Assembly: GCF_009914755.1 (NCBI RefSeq)
Contig: NC_060937.1
Direction: 5' to 3' (one strand)
Source: the human T2T-CHM13v2.0 reference genome, Homo sapiens
DNA length: 64,000 nt
This document shows, piece by piece, positions 55,720-64,000 of the stretch. The stretch's first letter is position 1. Each line of letters starts with the position of its first letter. Under the pieces are notes generated by a model that worked only from the letters and a program-made list of their open reading frames with translations, had not been told where the DNA came from and made no database searches. Made by a program: the position numbers and the translations under genes.

Positions 55720-56450
55720 CAAACGTATATCCTGAATGCATTTACATTCTTACTCCACCTGCCTCACTTAGGTGAACCCGTTGCCTCCTGTGGCTTATAG
55801 TATATGAATCAAGAGTCCAAATCTATACTGGAAATTCTGACTTTTCTCCTGAATTGCATACTCTTATCCTCCAAATCTTTATTAGCATTAGCTCTTTGCC
55901 CCACAGACATCTCAAAGCCAACATATTGAACATATCCAATACTGAACTCATGATCTTTCCCTTTAAATAAACTCTTTCTTTATTTACAGGGCTTATTCAC
56001 AGCAACATGTCAATGGCACCAAGTCTGAGAAATCTCCACTCTTTCTATATTTCCAATCATGGGAACAGTGTCAACACTCACCCCATGATCCTGAATCTTG
56101 GGAGTCATTCCACGCTACTCATTTCATGCATAACTGTGCAACAAAATTCCATTTCCTTACTATGTCACAATTTCTGTCCCCTTCTCTTCCTCTTCCACTA
56201 TTATGGCTTTAGTTAAGACTTTCATAATCTCTCATCATAACTATTATAATAATATATTGATCGGCCTCCCTGCTGGTAGTATTATACCCCTTCATAATAT
56301 TGCAATTAGAGAGACCTGTTGAAAAACAGAAATCTAATGATGTTATTTCCCGACTTAAACTGTTTCTGGAATCTCAAAGCCTTTGCAGGTGAAGCAGAAA
56401 CTGTTTAGCATAATACATAAGGTCTTCCATTTTCTAGCCCTGTATTGTTC
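55720..56450 (+). mobile_element. L2 remnant
   Basis: CCCACAGACATCTCAAAGCCAACATA...ACTGAACTCATGATCTT; degenerate. Confidence 0.6.
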
Positions 56451-56489
56451 ACAGCCAATATTTAATTATTCTTCGGATTTATCACCACA

Positions 56490-56700
56490 TTTACTGAGCA
56501 CTATGTGCCAGGCACTTGCATTTACATATATTTAATGTAATCTCAAACCAACCGTAAAATGAAGGTACTGTTTTAACTCCTATTTACGGTTGAAGAAACT
56601 GAGGCATAAAGCCTTTAAGGAATTTGTTCAAGATCACATAGCTAGGAAGCTGTATGTTTGGAATTTGAACCCAGAGGGCCTGATACCAGAGCACAGAATA
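56490..56700 (-). mobile_element. MIR
   Basis: CATTTACTGAGCACTATGTGCCAGGCAC...GAAACTGAGGCA...ATTTGAACCCAG. Confidence 0.8.
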
Positions 56701-59700
56701 CCCTTTGTCCCTACCCCCACTACCAGGAGAAAGCAAGTGTCCAGGAAAACATTTTTTTCTCCTTTTTTTAATTCTATGAGCTGCAATTACACAAAATTGG
56801 TTTAGTGTTTTGTTTGATGACACATTCTTATTATTGCCATGCATGGATAATTTATTATTTTTAATAATGTGATAAATACCCCCCAGTGCTACCCCAAACA
56901 CAAGGTAAGACCTTGACAATAATCTAATTTCCAAAATGTGGTACTTCTATTTATTTCCTTTCCCCTATTTCCCTGAAGTAACCATTATTAAGAATTTACT
57001 TTTCTTTTTATATAGTCTTATTACTATTATATGTATTCTTAAAACATATATTTTTATGTTAGATGCTTTTCACTTCAAAAAACCTATCGTGGTGCATGTA
57101 ATCTTTTGGGACATATTATTGCTAAAATTGATCTACATTATTATACTCTGATTACTAGATAATAAGCCATTTTGTGAATGTACTATATTTTATTGATCTA
57201 CTTTTTAGTTGATTGGCATTGGGTTGTGGCCAGAATTTTTTTATTTGTGAACAGTGCTGCTATGCACATTCTTACACATGTTTTCTATATTTTGTGTATA
57301 CAGGTTTTCTTTGGACAGAGCTCATGTTCTTCATCCCTATACTGTACTCTCTCCCACCCTGGCTACCTTTAGAGTCATTCAATCATTCAACCAATATTTT
57401 TAATCTAATATGTGACCAACACTGTTTTAGGTGCAGAAGAAAAAAATAGATGAAACTCCCACTCTCAAAGAGCTAATAGGAAGACAGATGGAACACAAAT
57501 ATGTATATACATACATAAGGAAAGCACAGCTTACTTTCTTCCATTTGTCACTTTGCAGCTAATGTTACAATTCTAAATTCCTTGCACATGAAGTTTAATC
57601 CTCTAAATCTTTGCTCATATTGTTTCCTTTGAATAAAATATCCTCTGAGCCCTCATTTTCCAGCTAACTTTATTTCATCTTTGAAAATTTAACTCAGATA
57701 TTGTATCCCTCATGAAACCATAGGTGATACTTCTCTGACTGGAATAAGGACCTATTTTGCACTCACATAGCTCCTTATCATAACTTTATCATATCTCTTT
57801 TCTAGTTTTCCCCTCCTCTAGAATGTACAATTAAATGCTACTTATCTTTAAATAGCTCTAGTGACCAGTGTGATGACTAGCAGATAAAAGGTATCCAATA
57901 GATCATAATCTATCGAAAAACAAAACTGAACTGATTCTGAAAATTCTGGGACTGAATCTTCTATAGGAATTCATTTTCAGGACTTTTTTTCTAAGAAAGA
58001 ATTTTCATTCTGTATATGAGGATTACATAGTTATGATGAGAGAGTCTCTTCACTTATGAAAAGTAAATGCAGTCTGGTCATGCCCTTACTCAAAGGAATG
58101 AGACAGCCTTCTCATTAATTCACTCAAGAGACATATTATTCAAAGGTGGTCATTAACAACTGTTCCTTTTGTACAGGAGATCAAAATGGATTTAGAAACT
58201 CCAATAAAATGGTTTGAAAAGCAATGGGATTTAATGGAAAGAGCTCTGCCCTAGAAGTCACCTAGAAGACCCTGGTGCTGTTGTATGCAGAGGGGGATGG
58301 GCTTACGTAATGATGAAGAAAAAAGTCACAGTCCTGCAGAATGTGATCTGAAGAACAGGAGTAGATGTTCTACAGCTACCCCTTTCATTAACAGAGACTT
58401 TTCTCATTTAGGATAAAACCCTCCCTAAATATTTAAACTTTAACCTGGCCCAAAGTTAAGAAGAACTAATACTTCTAATCTTTTGATCTCTATTCATAAC
58501 AGAAGATACAGGCTATACCTCTTATGACTATGTTTGTTTTCCTTTGCCTCAGTGATCTTTGGATTGGAAAAGGAAAGATCCTATGGGTCCCCCTCTCCCC
58601 ATTTTCTGTTCTGGACTGCAATAAAAGATTACATCAAAGATGACTACATTGATTTGTAAGCAAGGTAATAGGAATTAGGGGACATTCTCTTGAGAGTTGG
58701 AGAGAATGGTTTCTTAGAGCCAAGAAACTGAGGAAAAGAGAAGAAAGATGGGGAAGAAATCTGTACAAATTGGGAGCTACAGTGCAAAAGTGGACAGTGA
58801 GAAATTTCTGTGGTGTCTATGACCAGAAATTTGACCTGAACCACATATATCAGCCTTGTGTGTGGTTTTTTAAGGTAAGAATAGGTTTCGTGTCCAGTGT
58901 GGAGTAAAGCAGAGAAGAAAGGAAAGAGTAGATTCAGAAAGCAAGAAGAGAATGGGTGTCAGGGAGTCAGAGGGGGCAAGAAACTGGAGGGTTTCAGATT
59001 AAGAAGAAGTTAAGCACTCCAAGGACTCCTTGGACACACTGCTGTTTCTGGGTTGCATAGAACTGGGCTGTTTTATTTACACATTAAAGGAAAAGGTGAC
59101 ACAGGATGACCAGAGTTCTTGAAGACATTCAAGTGGTAGATATTTGGATTACACTTGGAATTATAATAGGTTTTTGTGACTGAATAGGCTTAATGAATTG
59201 GATATTATTAAGGATATGAAATAACACCAGGATGTTTCAGTGTGGCCCTGAAGAGGGTGAAGATATAGGTTTAATGTTCACACAGATTTCGTTTTCACCA
59301 GCATTGCACAGATTTCATTTTCTTAAAAATAATTTTAAATATATACATGTATACACACACACACACAAACATATATATATATATTTGCTTTCAATTATTT
59401 TAGAAACATATTTTAAAGTGTTAGAGTTCAGTATTAGAGGTGACCAGAAAAGATAAATTTAATCAAATGACAAGTACAATGGAAGATGTGTTCTTTTCTT
59501 AAGAGCACCCATTATTCGGATTTCTGAAAGTCCATATTCAGACAAAAGAAAGATAGCCACTGCACTTTTACATTTGTAGGTAGGAACAATCAGCCGTGGG
59601 CTGGTATAGTGCCCCCATGGAAGACAGAAAGACTCAGTTTCTTTCTATCTTCTTGCTTTATTATCAGCAATGTGTGTCTTCTACACTGAGATCCAAGATG

Positions 59701-59849
59701 GCTGCTTAAGATCCAGCTACCATGTGCTCCCATTTCAGAGTGTATGAAGAAGAAATGGTTTGAAAAATGGCATGTCCCCTTAGGAACATCCTGTAGTTTT
59801 TACCTTTGACTTATGCTTACATTCCACCTAAAAGAACGTAGGCTGGGAA

Positions 59850-60186
<337 letters not shown>

Positions 60187-60757
60187 TTAAAATCAGAGAT
60201 TGGGAGAATATTTATTGTCTCTGTGACCATGTTCTGTATAACCTTTTTTGGGCTATATTACCTGGTAGAGATGACATTGATAAGGAACAATGAAATGGTG
60301 AGAATAATTGACAGATCTTTAAAAGCTTGATAGCATTCAGTGAATGATTTAAAAATAGTAGCCAAACAGATGTTCGTTATCACTATGTTGTGAATAGGAT
60401 GGTGGCTGGGCAGGGTGCAGGCAAGAAGCTGGGGGGAGGGAGAAAGAGTGGCAGAGAGAGTGAGGGAGGATTATTTGTGACTTATCTATTAAGGGAATAT
60501 TTAAAGAGCAAGGCGCATTTCTTTCTCTAAAATATTGATTTTTCATTTTCAGTTGGAGCCAAATATCAATATAGGTAAACTTGGTAGTTCCCTGAACTGA
60601 TGAGAATTCACAGAGCTTAACAAAATGAATGCATGGCTTGATCTTATTGCAACATATTTACAAGGAAAAGAGAATATTGATCAGCTCGCTTTAGGACACC
60701 ATCTGTAAATTACTATTGTTTGAAATAGCCTTATTGCCATGAAGTTTACGTAGGCTA

Positions 60758-60871
60758 TATTTTGTTTATTGTAACGGAATTCAGACTTTGTACTATGTTT
60801 ATGTATACTATATTTTGTTTATTGTAAGGGAATTTAGACTTTGTATTATTTTGTTCATTGTAAAGGAATTC
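60758..60871. repeat. Imperfect tandem repeat, ~3 copies of TATTTTGTTTATTGTAAnGGAATT(yAGACTTTGTA)
   Basis: Read directly from the sequence. Confidence 0.85.
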
Positions 60872-61710
60872 TCAAAACTTTGCTGGTTTTGAGAAATGGC
60901 CTAATATTAGGAGTGTCAAGAGGATATGTTTTAATAAGTAATATGTAAATTCTGGGTTCTTGTCTTACCTCAGTTAGTGAAACATAGTTTAATCTATGAA
61001 ACAGTACAATATCTTTGCCTCAGTTACATTCTTAGGAACATTAAAAGTATTATGCATTGTACATTTTTTGAGCATAAGGGGAGAGGATGTCATTATAAAA
61101 AGCCATCTCACTGTTACACTCTTATTACCAAAGAGTAAAATATAACCTTCCTGAAAGTAGAATGATTCCTATGTTATTTTCACCTTTGTTCTTCCTTTGA
61201 CTCACTTTAAAGCCAGCTCTTATTATTCTGAATCACAATTCATAAAAACAGCCTGTAGCTACAACAATGTCTAAAAGCATTCATGCTTTAATGGCTTCAC
61301 ATATAACATTTAGTAATTACCAAGTTGACACACTTCATTTATCTAAATTTACCCAGCTATAATGAAAGCTGCCCACATAATTTTCTATTGTGAGTGACAA
61401 ATACACAATTATATCATAACTCCACTTATTTTGGAATGGCCCCCAAAGAAAACTACATATAGGCTCTACATACCTTGAAATCACAGATTTTAAGAACGCT
61501 CTTATATCTATTGGAGGTATTGAAGATTAGGAAAAAAGAGTTTGCTTTATTAAATTCTGGAGAAAATAATTAGCAGAAAATCTATAATAATGGTTATAAG
61601 TAAGTAGGTTATGTCTAAGATGATTTTGTGTTTTGTTATTTGGTTTTGGAGAATAGTAAAGAGATTCAGACAATAAATTCTAGGTATCTAAATGCTTAAA
61701 ATAAGAGTTT

Positions 61711-62010
61711 GGCTGGGTGTAGTGGCTCACACCTGTAATCCCAGCACTTTGAGAGGCCGAAGAGGAAGGATTGCTTGAGGCCAGGAGCTCAAGATCAGCC
61801 TGGTCAACTTAGTAAGTCCCCATCTCTACAAAAAATTAAAAAAATAAAACTAGCTGTGTGTGGTGGCATGCACCTGTAGTCTCAGCTACTCAGGAGGCTG
61901 AGATGGAGGACTGCTTGAGGCCGGGAGTTGGAGGCTGCAGTAAGCCATGATTATGCCACTGCACTCCAGCCTAGATGACACAGTGAGACCCCATCTCAAA
62001 AAAAATAAAG
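61711..62010 (+). mobile_element. AluJ
   Basis: GGATTGCTTGAGGCCAGGAG; AAAATAAGAG on both flanks. Confidence 0.92.
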
Positions 62011-62582
62011 TGATCGAGAAAACAGAAAATAAGAGCCCAATATTCCATAATATTCCAGAGTTATTTTCCAAATATAGAGAATGCAATTTGAAAGCATCAG
62101 TTAACATTTGATTTAGATTCAAAATATATCAGTAATAATCTTTTATAGTACATTCACAAAAATTATATTATCAGTAGGCAAGTACCAAATGAGTGTTTAA
62201 GATACAAACACTGTGGGAATTAAGGTTTTCATAGATAGAAAGGTTGGGGAAGCCACCAAACAGGGACCTTCGGCTGTATAAAAACAGATAGATCAATCAG
62301 ATAAAGATTAATGGAGATGGCAGAGCATAGCATTCCTGGAGGATGCAATGAAGGAGGAAGTGCTTGAAAGTAGGAACAACTAAGATGAGTTCTGATGTCC
62401 ATGAAAAATAGAGCATTCATCCTAGGGGGTGATAAAAATGAGAATGATTAAGTTGGTCTGCAGGTGATAGATCCCGGACTTGATCCACTAGTCTGTAGAT
62501 ACAATTTCAAGTATTTGATCTAGAAAAGATATAATAAAAGTGGTGTTCAAAATGATTAAATGGCAACTACTGCATGAGCTGG

Positions 62583-62993
62583 TGATATGATTTGGATCCG
62601 TAGTGTCCTCACCCAAATTTCATGTTGAAATGTAACCCTCAGTGCTGGGGGTGGGGCCTGGTGGGAGGTGATTGGATCATAAGGATGGTTTCTCATGGTT
62701 TCCCACCCTTGGTGCTGCCGTAACAATAGTGAGTTCTCATGAAAATTGGTTGCTTAAATGTATGCAGCACCTCCCCCTGCCTCTTGCTCCTGCTCCAGCC
62801 ATGTAAGATATGCCTGCTTCCCCTTCACCTTCCGCCATGATTGTAAGTTTCCTGAGGTCTTCACAGAAGCTGAACATATAGCATCATGCTTCCTATATAG
62901 CATTTGGAACTGTGGGCCAATTAAACTTATTTTCTTTATAAATTATCCAGTCTTGAATATTTCTTTATAGTGATGCGAGAATGGAATAATACA
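62583..62993 (+). mobile_element. MST (A/B) MaLR solo LTR
   Basis: TGATATGATTTGG...CCATGATTGTAAGTTTCCTGAGG...AATAATACA. Confidence 0.87.
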
Positions 62994-63481
62994 GATAGGT
63001 AGTTAATAGGAGACATCAGCAGATTGTAAGATCACAGCAGATTTCAAACTTGCTCAAGTTAAAATCACCTGGGCCAATTGTTAAACACATAGCACCTAAA
63101 ATAGTGCCTAGAACTTAGTAGGTACTCAATAAAATACTTGTTGAATTAAACTGAACTTTCTCCAATCTTGAGTCTATGCAAATCCAGGTGTTATTTGTTC
63201 AGGGCTTATGAGTGATAATCATTATGGATATTGTGGTTTAATAGGACAGGAAACTAAATATGTCAAGATTCAAATGAAAAAGTTGCAATATAGAATTGAT
63301 TCACCCATACATTTATTCATTTATTCAGTTAATAAATATTGAGCATCCACAGTGTGCTTCAACTCATCTGTGTGCCAGGGTATGGGGCAAATGAAATAGA
63401 CAAAAATAGATAAAAAAATCTCTGACATCATGGAATTTATGTTTTTAACTGGAGGATAAATAATAAACAAGTGTAACATAT

Positions 63482-63878
63482 TGTTGTATAATGGGGAATA
63501 TATCTGGTCTATGTCCCCAGTTCCTCATGCAGAGCTTCAGAAACACTTGAAATTTTTTCAGTGATAGACTGTCTTTGTTATGTTAATGAAGAGACTAATA
63601 GTAGACTTCTAGATAGTTTTAGGATGGGGCCTTGTGACCAGAGAGACCCATCACATGATTAGAGTTGGAACTTTGGACCAGCCCAACCTTCAGGGAAAGA
63701 CAGGAGGAGTGAAGACTGAGTTCAGTAATGTGGCCAAGGACTTAATAAAACTTGCTAACATAATGAACCCCCCAAAAAACTCTGTGTTAGAGATTGGTGA
63801 GCACATTGACATGCAGGGAGGATGACATGATTTCACATGGAGAGGGCATGGAGGAAGCTCTGTGTTCCCTTTCAGATC
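63482..63878. mobile_element. MER21-like LTR, interrupted by an Alu
   Basis: TGTCCCCAGTTCCT...AGAGCTTC...CACATGATTAGAGTTGGAACTTT...GGGCATGGAGGAAGCTCTGTG. Confidence 0.65.
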
Positions 63879-64000
63879 TTTTTCTTTCTTTTTTTTTTTT
63901 TTTTTTTGAGATGGAGTTTCGCTCTTGTTGCCCAGGCTGTAGTGACTGCAGTGTCGTGATCTTGGCTCACTGCAGCCTCTGCCTCTGGGGTTCAAGTGAT
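63879..64000 (-). mobile_element. Alu, cut by the window end
   Basis: Poly-T followed by GAGATGGAGTTTCGCTCTTGTTGCCCAGGC. Confidence 0.92.

Overview
Primate (most likely human) non-coding genomic DNA: AT-rich, CpG-depleted and rich in interspersed repeats. I recognise no protein-coding exon, RNA gene or locus. The ORFs in the track come from Alu, L1 ORF2 or LTR12, or are chance ORFs. The window holds about 20 Alus (J, S and Y classes), a 5'-inverted L1PA2-type insertion, an older L1PA15/16-type fragment carrying two nested Alus, two convergent ERV9/LTR12 solo LTRs with 4-bp TSDs, several MaLR/ERVL/ERV1 solo LTRs, MER DNA-transposon fossils, MIR/L2 remnants and microsatellites. The structures that known repeats do not explain are: (1) two short direct duplications of unique sequence 1.6-1.8 kb apart with near-perfect 50-52 bp cores (38.3/40.0 kb and 47.8/49.6 kb); (2) a ~140-bp C-run expansion inside one LTR12; (3) a few splice-signal-bounded candidate exons on the + strand. 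Repeat subfamily names come from my recall of consensus sequences, not from a search. Boundaries of old elements are approximate.
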